Source: a bacterium
Lineage (GTDB): Bacteria > Patescibacteriota > Minisyncoccia > UBA6257 > UBA9933
Direction of reading: 5' to 3'
Length of the DNA stretch: 64,000 nt
Assembly: GCA_021791445.1 (NCBI GenBank)
Contig: JAJYWO010000010.1
Coordinates: 1,304-65,303 of the forward strand
Shown piece by piece: positions 9,407 through 17,415 of this stretch. A program made the position numbers and the translations under genes. The notes under the pieces are model-generated. The model worked only from the letters and a program-made list of their open reading frames with translations, was not told where the DNA came from and ran no database searches. Within the stretch, counting starts at the first letter, position 1; every line of letters begins with the position of its first letter.

Positions 9407-10239
9407 TCTTTCTTAAATTGTGTCAGTTTATAAAAATTCTCAAAAATTTTTGCCACTAAAATCGAACCGGTGCCGCCCGGAGTAGGAGTGTAAAAATTCA
9501 GTTTATTAGTTTGTAAGTTTGTAAGTTTGTAAGTTTCAAAATCGCCGGAAATTTCCCCCTCTTTGTTAAAACTATAACCGAAATCAATCACGCCGGCGCC
9601 GTTTTTCAGCATTTCCGGCTTTATTAAGCCGGCTTGGCCGACTCCGGAAATTATCAAATCGTAATTTTTCAAATCATTCAAATTACTGCCGCTTCTAAAA
9701 ATTTTCAATTCTTTAATTTTTTGATTCATCAACCAAACACTAATTGGCTTGCCGATTAAGAAGCCGGCGCCCACTATGGCAATTTTAACATCTGACAATT
9801 GACGCTTAACAACTGACAAAATTTCTTTTGTTGTTTCGACTGCCGGAGGCAATACTGGATTTCTGCCATTATAAAACGCGCCCAAAGCGCGCTCACCCAA
9901 AACATCAACATCTTTTTCTCGCGGAATGACATTTAAAATATAATGGCGGTTAATATGTTCCGGCAAAGGCAACTGAATAATCACTCCGCCGACTCTTTTC
10001 AATAAAGCGATTTTGCCGACTTCTTTTCGCAAGTCGTCGTTTTTCAATTTTGCCGGAAATTCATACATCCGAAAATCAATGCCGAGCTCCTTGGCGACCT
10101 TTTCTTTTTGTTTTAAAAAACTTTTTGATTGCGGATTGTCGCCGACCAAAACAGCCGCGAAAATTTTCTCCGGCTTCGGCTGTTTTTTCAATTCGTCAAT
10201 AATTTTTTGCGCGATTTTTTTCCCGTCAATAATTTGCAT
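9397..10239 (-). CDS. folD: Bifunctional methylenetetrahydrofolate dehydrogenase / methenyl-THF cyclohydrolase
   Basis: N-terminal MQIIDGKKIAQKI...AAVLVGDNPQS and a Rossmann GxGxxG-like VGAGFLIGKP. Carries an in-frame (gtttgtaa)x3 repeat at 9508-9536. Confidence 0.85.
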   Translation of the reverse strand: MQIIDGKKIAQKIIDELKKQPKPEKIFAAVLVGDNPQSKSFLKQKEKVAKELGIDFRMYEFPAKLKNDDLRKEVGKIALLKRVGGVIIQLPLPEHINRHYILNVIPREKDVDVLGERALGAFYNGRNPVLPPAVETTKEILSVVKRQLSDVKIAIVGAGFLIGKPISVWLMNQKIKELKIFRSGSNLNDLKNYDLIISGVGQAGLIKPEMLKNGAGVIDFGYSFNKEGEISGDFETYKLTNLQTNKLNFYTPTPGGTGSILVAKIFENFYKLTQFKKEKV

Positions 10240-10328
10240 TTCAATATTTTAACACAAAAATATCTTAAATAAAAAATGTTTAAAATAAAAAACGGCGTTC
10301 CGGATAGGCAACGCCATTTAAAAAAATA

Positions 10329-10646
10329 CTACTTGGGAATAAATTTTTCTACCCCCACAATCTCAATGTCAAATCCAAGCCGCAAATCGTGAAGCATTTG
10401 CGCTATCTTATCTGCTTCTTGAATATTTGTGTCGTAGATACGTAGAAATGGCTGAGATGTATGTTCTACATCAATACAAAAGGAATCAAACGCTGTTATA
10501 ACTACTTTGTCCTTAAATTCTGATGCAAAAATAACGTCTTTTATTTTTTTTACTGTATTTAACAGCGCTTGATGTTGCAATCGAAATAATAGTGTATCCT
10601 CAACCTCAAAAATACTTCCCATTCCGTGAATCTCGATATTCGGCAT
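10329..10646 (-). CDS. Hypothetical 105-aa protein
   Basis: ORF only. No motif recognised. Confidence 0.4.
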   Translation of the reverse strand: MPNIEIHGMGSIFEVEDTLLFRLQHQALLNTVKKIKDVIFASEFKDKVVITAFDSFCIDVEHTSQPFLRIYDTNIQEADKIAQMLHDLRLGFDIEIVGVEKFIPK

Positions 10647-10977
10647 AACGCCTCCTTTTAAATTTTAAAATAACTTTAAGCCAAAGGCTTTATTATTAAA
10701 ATATAAACATATTTTATTTATCTTGTCAATGATTTTCTCCAAAACTTTTCATAGCGAACATCGCGCAAGGTTAAGAATAAATCAATGAGCGGAATGAAGG
10801 ATTTTTTGACTATAAATTTAATGGTCGGAAAACTCCTGACATAATTTTACGAAGTAAAATTATGGCGGATGGTAAACGGGCACCGTTAAATTTATTCAAA
10901 AAATCAGATTGGAGCGATTTGATTTATTTAACCTGAGCGTCGTGAGCGAGAAAAGTTTTGGAGAAAATTAATGTATA

Positions 10978-11367
10978 TTAAATATTTTTATAATGTTTTA
11001 TTACATAATGATTATCTAAAAGTGTCAAGGCGATTAAGTCTATGCGCCAGCCTTTTTTGTCATCAACCAAATCTTGATTATGGCCGGCGTACAAAGACGC
11101 GGTTCTTTGGAGTTTTTGGAGTTTAGCGGCCGTAAGCTGGTCTTCGGCGGAAATGTGTTTATCATCGTTTTCCGTGTGTAATTTTTCCACTCCGCGAACG
11201 GTTTTTACTTCCACAAATACTAGGGTTCTATCCGGCGCTTTAACGATTATGTCTATCTCGCCCCACTTTTGCCGGAAATTCCGCTCAATCACCTTATATT
11301 TGTTTTTCACAAGATATCCACAGGCGATATTTTCGCCAAGTTGACCGGCGTAAGACCTCTGATTCAT
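10978..11367 (-). CDS. yraN: YraN family (UPF0102) endonuclease. The track start at 11472 is probably an artefact; the likely start is MNQRSYAGQLGEN at 11367
   Basis: GE.IA..YL...Y.V..RN.R...GEIDII....TLVFVEVK pattern typical of UPF0102. Confidence 0.7.
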   Translation of the reverse strand: MNQRSYAGQLGENIACGYLVKNKYKVIERNFRQKWGEIDIIVKAPDRTLVFVEVKTVRGVEKLHTENDDKHISAEDQLTAAKLQKLQRTASLYAGHNQDLVDDKKGWRIDLIALTLLDNHYVIKHYKNI

Positions 11368-11385
11368 ATAAGTTATGGTAAACCA

Positions 11386-11680
11386 TGTGTAATTTTTATA
11401 CAAGTAAAACGAGAAAGTGTTAAACAAAATAATGTTTAACAGTAACTTTTGTGTAATTTTTACACAAAACAAACGGCAAAAGCGTTAAACACTTAAATGT
11501 TTAACGCTAAGTTTGTGTAATTTTTACACACGTTTTTTGCCACCATTTAAAAACCCACATAAAATGCGTGTTTTTGAAAATGACCGTTTTTGATGTTTAA
11601 CACTTAAAAGTGTTAAACAAATATTTTGCGACAGATAAAGTGTTTAACACTTAGGCGTTAAACACTTTTTGTTTAACAGT
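11386..11680. repeat. Tandem array of ~64-bp units (11386, 11450, 11514, then degenerate). Each unit contains the palindrome TGTGTAAtttttTACACA, and the array also carries multiple GTTAAACA / TGTTTAAC inverted pairs
   Basis: Three TGTGTAATTTTTA(C/T)ACA sites exactly 64 bp apart. Units 1 and 2 align at ~75% identity. More than 10 GTTTAAC-type half-sites continue to 11680. Confidence 0.75.
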
Positions 11681-11687
11681 TTAATGA

Positions 11688-11710
11688 AGGCCTCCGCAAG
11701 GCCTTCAAAT
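11688..11710 (-). terminator. Rho-independent terminator hairpin GAAGGCCTCCGCAAGGCCTTC downstream of the receiver gene. An identical 25-nt sequence recurs at 41586-41612
   Basis: Perfect 8-bp GC stem followed by an A/T run. Duplicate copy elsewhere in the window. Confidence 0.7.
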
Positions 11711-11723
11711 AAAAAACGGCGCC

Positions 11724-12095
11724 CTAATCAAGCAGCGCCGTAAACTTCTTAAGTTTCGTCAATAGGTGATGAGGATGGAACGGTTTATGAATAAAATCAT
11801 CAGCCCCAGCTTCAATGGCTTCTTTTTTTATATCCTCGCTGCTCATCAGGATAATCCCAATATCCGAATCCGGATAAGAACTTTTTATTTTCTTTATCAG
11901 TTCTATCCCCGACATTCCCGGCATTTGCCAATCCGTAATAACAACATCCGGAATCTTCTCTGAAATTTTTTTCAAAGCCTCGCAACCATTTTCGGCCAAT
12001 CTAACCTCAAAGCCGAAAAGATGAAGAATGTCCTGCAACAGTGTCCTCATAGAAGAATTGTCATCTACAACCAAAATATTGAGCATTTTTTCCAT
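11724..12095 (-). CDS. Stand-alone CheY-like response-regulator receiver domain (123 aa, no output domain)
   Basis: VVDDNSSMR...DVVITDWQMPGMSG with the phospho-acceptor Asp, and ILMSSED. Confidence 0.85.
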   Translation of the reverse strand: MEKMLNILVVDDNSSMRTLLQDILHLFGFEVRLAENGCEALKKISEKIPDVVITDWQMPGMSGIELIKKIKSSYPDSDIGIILMSSEDIKKEAIEAGADDFIHKPFHPHHLLTKLKKFTALLD

Positions 12096-12187
12096 GCGCG
12101 CACCCCTTTACGAATTTAAGAATTTAAATTTTACCGTTAAAAACGGTCAAAGAACTTATTATAAGATAGACTAATTTCTATATTTTG

Positions 12188-12763
12188 TCAATAGTTAAAA
12201 TTTTGCCACAAATTAAAATCAAGCTCCAATTTTATTTCTTCTTTGCCGCCTTTTTGAGGAATCATTAAATATCCTTGTTTCTTCGCAAGTTCATATAATT
12301 CTTTGGTGATCTTTACGTCGTTCAAACAATAATTTTTCAGTTCTTCAATTTTGCCTTCGCGATATAAAATACCGGCGTCCAAACTATGGCCGTTTTTGCC
12401 ATAACCGAGATTGGTTTTTGCCAAAATATCCAAACCCACCCGCTTGCCGAGATTAAATTCAATTTCATCTAAAATATCCAAGTGTGGGATGGAAAAAATA
12501 TCTCCGCCAGAAGTATTACTGAAATGCTTTTGCAAAACCGGCAAGTCAAAACGGCTTATGCTAAATCCGATTATCATTCCGGCGTTTTTTATCATCTCCA
12601 TCGCCGCCGCGAATTCATTTTCGTCAAACGCGAAAAACTTATCCCGATTATGGGAATAAAGTCCGATTAAAGAAACTTCCAAGGCGTCGAAATTATTTTC
12701 GCCGACCTCCTGAAAAGTGTTTTTTGTCTCAATGTCTAAAACAAGAGTGTCTTTTTCTTCCAA
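12188..12763 (-). CDS. DEDDh-type 3'-5' exonuclease (DnaQ/RNase T-like)
   Basis: Exo I motif LVLDIETKN and Exo III motif HSLDAGILY. Confidence 0.65.
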   Translation of the reverse strand: MEEKDTLVLDIETKNTFQEVGENNFDALEVSLIGLYSHNRDKFFAFDENEFAAAMEMIKNAGMIIGFSISRFDLPVLQKHFSNTSGGDIFSIPHLDILDEIEFNLGKRVGLDILAKTNLGYGKNGHSLDAGILYREGKIEELKNYCLNDVKITKELYELAKKQGYLMIPQKGGKEEIKLELDFNLWQNFNY

Positions 12764-12781
12764 AATTCAAAAACTAGAAAA

Positions 12782-13770
12782 TTATTTACTCTGCAGCGAT
12801 TTTTTGATTTTATTCAAAAGCTGTTTGTCTTCTTTGAGTTTTTCCCGCGCCGCTTCCACGCCCACGCCAAGTTTTTCGCCCTCAAAAGAATATGTGTTTC
12901 CTGATTTGGAAACAACGCCCGCTTTAATTCCGGCGTTCAAAATATCGCCGGCGTATGATATGCCCTCGCCGTACATAATGTCAAATTCCGCGATTTTAAA
13001 CGGCGCTGCCACTTTGTTTTTCACCACTTTCGCCTTAACGCGGTTGCCGACAACGTCTTCGCCTTTTTAATCTGGGCGATGCGGCGAATATCAATACGCA
13101 CCGAAGCGTAAAATTTCAAAGCCCGACCGCCCGGGGTGGTAGTCGGTTCGCCGTAACCCATCATCCCGATTTTTTCGCGGAGCTGATTGATAAAAATAAT
13201 CAAAGTGTTTGATTTGGCGGAAATCGCCGTCAATTTGCGAAGCGCCTGGGACATCATTCTCGCCTGAAGCCCGATGTATTGCGCGCCCATTTCGCCCTCA
13301 ATTTCCGTTTTTGGAGTCAAAGCGGCAACCGAATCAACCACAATCACGTCAATGATTCCCGAACGCACCAGGCTTTCCAGAATATTCAGCGCTTCCTCGC
13401 CGCTGTCCGGCTGAGAGATAATCAGGTCGTTAATTTTTACCCCTAATTTTTTGGCGTATTCCGGGTCCATAGCGTGTTCCGCGTCAATAAAAGCCGCCTT
13501 GCCCCCGCCTTTTTGGGCTTCGGCAATGGCGTGAAGCGCCAAAGTGGTCTTGCCGGAACTTTCCGGCCCGAAAATTTCAATAATTCTTCCCTTGGGGAAT
13601 CCGCCGACTCCCAAAGCGATGTCCAGCGAAAAAGAACCGGTCGGTATCGCCGCCACATCGACTTTTTTAATATCGCCCAATTTCATTATCGCGCCCTCGC
13701 CGAATTTTTCTTGAAGAGATTCTAAAAGACTATCCAGTTCGTTGGTTTTTTTATTTTTGTCGTCCTTCAT
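12782..13770 (-). pseudogene. recA: RecA recombinase interrupted by a -1 frameshift in an A5 run (plus-strand T-run 13063-13067). The two ORFs 13021..13770 and 12782..13027 together give a full RecA
   Basis: Walker [11 protein letters not shown]2 loop, and [12 protein letters not shown] then, in the other frame, [27 protein letters not shown]...GEGIS. Adding one A restores the canonical sequence. May be an assembly error. Confidence 0.85.
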
Positions 13771-13772
13771 AA

Positions 13773-14411
13773 TTAAAAATTTTGTTGATATATTATTTCT
13801 CTTTCGACTTTTATTTCCTTGCCGAGAAATCTTTTAACTTTGAATTCTATTTTATTGATTCCCGGCTGGAGTTGGTATTCTTTTTCAAAATTTCCGTTTT
13901 TTTCAACCGGAACTTCTTCGTTGTTTATCGTGAGTTTGTCAAAAAAATTATTGAGATTGCCGCTTAATTTTATAAACTGTTCGTTTACAATTTCGCCGTT
14001 ATTCGCCGGCCGGATTATTTCCATTTTGGGAATGCCGATTATGTCGTCAATCCTGAAGGCCAAATAAATTATAACAAAAAACGCGGCAATTAGCATTATG
14101 GCCTTTTTTCTGCTTTTTCTTTGGGGAGCAAAACGGTTGACGGGGAGTTTGTCGCTTCCTTTTATTTCCGGAGTGATTTCTTTTTTGTAAATGTTCCACA
14201 AATAATCCGCGTCAATTCCCAAAGCCGCGGAAACTTTCATCAAATAGCCGCGGACATAAGGTGGTGGCGGCAATTTTTTAAAATCTCCGGAAACAAACGC
14301 CGCTAAATAATTTTTCGGCACGCCGGTTATTTCCGCCAGCCTTTCAATATCCATCCCCTTAAAGCTGATGGCGTCTTTTAACGCTTCTTGAAAAGATTTA
14401 TTGTCATTCAT
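13773..14411 (-). CDS. rodZ: RodZ-like cytoskeleton protein (XRE-type HTH, then a single TM, then a periplasmic domain)
   Basis: N-terminal HTH ([36 protein letters not shown]), central [17 protein letters not shown]. Confidence 0.6.
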   Translation of the reverse strand: MNDNKSFQEALKDAISFKGMDIERLAEITGVPKNYLAAFVSGDFKKLPPPPYVRGYLMKVSAALGIDADYLWNIYKKEITPEIKGSDKLPVNRFAPQRKSRKKAIMLIAAFFVIIYLAFRIDDIIGIPKMEIIRPANNGEIVNEQFIKLSGNLNNFFDKLTINNEEVPVEKNGNFEKEYQLQPGINKIEFKVKRFLGKEIKVEREIIYQQNF

Positions 14412-16536
14412 AATATACTTCTCTCGGCTTGGCGCCTTCGCCGGGGCCGATAATTCCTTTTTCTTCCATTACATCCAAAAGCCGGGCGGCGCGGGCATAA
14501 CCAACTTTTAATCTGCGCTGTAAAAGAGAAGCTGAAGCTTTTTTCGCCGCTTTCACAACTTCAACCGCTTCTTCATATAACTCGTCATCATCGCCTCCAT
14601 CTCCATTAAAATTATCAAAAACATCACTGCTGCTTTCCTCGCCGTTTCCATCATTGCCGTTCTTCCCGTTTTCAAAAGTCACTTCCTCGCTTTTAACGCC
14701 GGAATTATTATCTTTGATAAAATCCGCCACTTTTTTGATTTCCTCTTCGGAAACATAGGCGCCCTGGATGCGTTTCGGCTTGGAAAGTTCCGATGAAACA
14801 AAAAGCATATCTCCGCCGCCGAGCAATTTTTCCGCTCCGGCCGTATCCAAAATAGTCCGGGAATCAACCTGCGAAGCAACCTGCAAAGCGATGCGTGAAG
14901 TGATATTCGCTTTGATTAAGCCCGTAATGACTTCCACAGACGGCCGCTGAGTGGAAACAACCAAATGAATACCCGTTGCCCGAGCCATTTGCGCCAGCCG
15001 CACAATCGCGCCTTCAACTTCACGGCCGTAAGTCGCCATCAAATCAGCCAATTCGTCAATGACTATCAATATATAAGAAAGCCTGTCATCGGGATTTTTT
15101 TTGTTATAACTTTGAACATCCCTGGAACCGGCCGCTTGAAGCATTTCATAGCGCTTGTCCATTTCGCTTAACGCCCAACGGAAAACATTGGCCGCCTTTT
15201 TCGTTTGAGTGACAACCGGAGAAATCAAATGAGGCAATCCGTCATAAACGGAAAGCTCAACCCGCTTCGGGTCAATCATCACCATCTTCAGCGTTTCCGG
15301 AGAATTTTTATAAAGCAAAGAAAGTATAAGCGAATGCAAGGCGATGGATTTGCCGCTGCCCGTGCTCCCGGCAATCAGAAGATGGGGCATTTTTTCAATA
15401 TTGGCGAATATCGGCTCGCCGCTCACATCTCTGCCCAAGACCATTCCAATAAGGCCGGTTGCCGCGAATTCCGGATAATGTATCAAGCTGCCCAAACGAA
15501 CAACGGCCGCAGCCTTGTTCGGCACTTCAATGCCAACCAAAGATTTTCCCGGGATCGGCGCTTCTATTCTGATGGGGTGGGCCGCCAAAGCCAAAGCCAA
15601 ATCGGAATTCAACGCCGTAATGCGCGAAATTTTAACGCCTTCCGCCGGCTTCAAAGTATAACGCGTCACTTTGGGACCGATGTTTATCTCGCCCATTTCC
15701 ACCGGAATGCCGAAACTTTCCAAGGTTCTTTTGATTATATTAGCGCTGGTGCGCAAATCGCCGGCCGTGGGTTTTTCCACCGAAGACCGAAGCAAATCAA
15801 GCGGCGGAAAAACGTAATTGCCGAAAGATTGGGATTTAAAACTGGAAATTTTTTTCAGTTTGGCCGGTTTGTGTTCTTTCACTTCTATCACTTCGGCTCC
15901 TTTTTCTTCCGTTGCCGGCGCAACAGCTTCAACTTGCCCCGATTTTTCGGCTTTTTCCACCGCTTTTTTCAAATCCTCATCTTCCCCGTCTTCTTCTTTT
16001 TCTTCTTTCTTTTTTCTTATTTTCAACGGCTTGTTAAAAATAATCAGAACGGAAATAATTAAACCGGCGATAACAATTACCAACGCTCCGGCATAACCAA
16101 AAAGATTTTCCAAAGAGCCGACTCCGGCGCCGATTATTCCTCCTTTATCCGGAAAAACAATATCTATCAGCCCGAGGCCGGATAAAACGAACAAACCCGC
16201 CCCGATAAAAGCAATAATGTAAACTTTGCGCTGTTCCAATAAAAGGAATGACGCAGCCATCATTAAAAAAATCAAGGGCAAAAGATAATAACCCACGCCG
16301 AACAGCGCTTCAAAAACATCGTAAAAAAAATTCCCCGCCGGACCCGCGCCCTTAAATCTCGCCAAAAGCAAAATCGCGGCAATGCCGCCGAAAATTATCG
16401 CCCAAACGCTCTTTTTGGTTTCGTGATGGAGCCGAAATTCTTCCGTTTTTATAAATTCGCCTTTCGAGCCGATTAAAACTTTTTTTGACTTATCGCGCTT
16501 TTTGCTTTTCTTAGCCATATTAATTATAAAATTCAC
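14404..16536 (-). CDS. ftsK: DNA translocase FtsK/SpoIIIE
   Basis: N-terminal TM segments, acidic linker, Walker A GSTGSGKS, Walker B VIDELADL, and a C-terminal gamma winged-helix (LLQRRLKVGYARAARLLDVMEEKGIIGP). Confidence 0.92.
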   Translation of the reverse strand: MNFIINMAKKSKKRDKSKKVLIGSKGEFIKTEEFRLHHETKKSVWAIIFGGIAAILLLARFKGAGPAGNFFYDVFEALFGVGYYLLPLIFLMMAASFLLLEQRKVYIIAFIGAGLFVLSGLGLIDIVFPDKGGIIGAGVGSLENLFGYAGALVIVIAGLIISVLIIFNKPLKIRKKKEEKEEDGEDEDLKKAVEKAEKSGQVEAVAPATEEKGAEVIEVKEHKPAKLKKISSFKSQSFGNYVFPPLDLLRSSVEKPTAGDLRTSANIIKRTLESFGIPVEMGEINIGPKVTRYTLKPAEGVKISRITALNSDLALALAAHPIRIEAPIPGKSLVGIEVPNKAAAVVRLGSLIHYPEFAATGLIGMVLGRDVSGEPIFANIEKMPHLLIAGSTGSGKSIALHSLILSLLYKNSPETLKMVMIDPKRVELSVYDGLPHLISPVVTQTKKAANVFRWALSEMDKRYEMLQAAGSRDVQSYNKKNPDDRLSYILIVIDELADLMATYGREVEGAIVRLAQMARATGIHLVVSTQRPSVEVITGLIKANITSRIALQVASQVDSRTILDTAGAEKLLGGGDMLFVSSELSKPKRIQGAYVSEEEIKKVADFIKDNNSGVKSEEVTFENGKNGNDGNGEESSSDVFDNFNGDGGDDDELYEEAVEVVKAAKKASASLLQRRLKVGYARAARLLDVMEEKGIIGPGEGAKPREVYYE

Positions 16537-16596
16537 AATTCACAGATATTGAATTTTAAAACATTTTTTTTCGTTAAACAATAGCGCTTGCTTCCG

Positions 16597-16633
16597 CATA
16601 ATTCGCATTGATTTTCGCATAATTCGCATTATA
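16597..16633. promoter_or_regulatory. Two 15-bp direct repeats, cgcataattcgcatt, 22 bp apart, immediately upstream of ruvC
   Basis: Exact direct repeat read from the sequence. Confidence 0.35.
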
Positions 16634-16642
16634 TTATACAAT

Positions 16643-17107
16643 ATGTTAATTCTCGGCATTGACCCGGGTTCCACGCGCGTGGGCTACGGATTAATCAAAA
16701 AAAACAAAAATGATTTGTCTTTGATTAAATGCGGTTTGCTGAAAATAAAAAGCAAGGACAAAGCGCAGCGGCTTCTGGAAATTGAAAAAGATTTTTCTTC
16801 TTTAATCGCGAGAACAAAACCCGACTTGGTCATTTTGGAAAAATTATTTTTTATGAAAAACATGAAAACCGCCCTGGAAGTCGCCCAGTCCCGCGGGGTC
16901 TTGACATTATTGGCAACCAAAAGCAAAATACCCCTATTGGAATTTTCGCCGTCGGAAATAAAAATCGGCGTTACCGGCTACGGCCGCGCCGACAAAAAAG
17001 CGATTGCGAAAATGGCCGCCAAAATTTTGAAAGTTCCGGAATTTAAAGAAATAGACGATGTTACTGACGCGATTGCCGCGGCAATAACCGGAGCGCATTA
17101 TAAATAA
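16643..17107 (+). CDS. ruvC: Holliday junction resolvase RuvC
   Basis: MLILGIDPGSTRVGYGLI N-terminus, ~154 aa. Confidence 0.9.
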   Translation: MLILGIDPGSTRVGYGLIKKNKNDLSLIKCGLLKIKSKDKAQRLLEIEKDFSSLIARTKPDLVILEKLFFMKNMKTALEVAQSRGVLTLLATKSKIPLLEFSPSEIKIGVTGYGRADKKAIAKMAAKILKVPEFKEIDDVTDAIAAAITGAHYK

Positions 17108-17143
17108 TTCAAATAAAAGGTCGTAAAAAATTCTCAATTAAAA

Positions 17144-17329
17144 ATGGTTACATCAGAATTAAAAACAGCCACCGTCGTCAACCAAGACGATGATAATTTG
17201 GATGAAAGCGATGATGTTTGTTCGGGATGCGGCTCGGAACTGGAAGAAGGAGTTTGCCCGGAATGCGACGCGATAGACGACTTGGAAAAATCTCCGCTGG
17301 AAAGCGACGACGAAGACTGGGTTAAGTAA
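17144..17329 (+). CDS. Small, highly acidic zinc-ribbon protein (CxxC...CxxC), 61 aa
   Basis: CSGCGSELEEGVCPECD motif. Followed by a strong terminator. Confidence 0.55.
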   Translation: MVTSELKTATVVNQDDDNLDESDDVCSGCGSELEEGVCPECDAIDDLEKSPLESDDEDWVK

Positions 17330-17336
17330 AAAAATA

Positions 17337-17366
17337 AAACCGTTCCGCTCTCCGCGGAACGGTTTT
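17337..17366 (+). terminator. Rho-independent terminator AAACCGTTCCGC-tctcc-GCGGAACGGTTT
   Basis: 12-bp perfect stem then T-rich tail. Confidence 0.75.
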
Positions 17367-17415
17367 AAATTAAACTCATTGGACTTATTTGTCCCATTGG
17401 TCTTATAATTTAACG

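Noticed and set aside
10650-10977. Looked for tmRNA, SRP RNA, 6S or RNase P RNA in the 330-bp intergenic region
   Set aside because: None of the conserved motifs (tmRNA tag frame / T-arm, SRP GGAA tetraloop helix 8, RNase P P4 sequences) could be found by eye. Left as an unexplained inverted-repeat-bounded segment.
11386-11680. Considered whether the periodic palindromic repeats are a CRISPR array
   Set aside because: The 64-bp units are only ~75% identical, with no alternating conserved-repeat / unique-spacer structure. Repeat cores are 17-bp palindromes rather than 28-37-bp direct repeats. No cas genes are nearby.
15205-16062. 285-aa plus-strand ORF inside ftsK, and similar antisense ORFs (e.g. 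32523..32993, 39507..40112, 43433..44140, 36301..36918, 27537..28007)
   Set aside because: Each lies fully within a well-supported gene on the other strand and has Arg/Phe-rich low-complexity translation typical of antisense frames.
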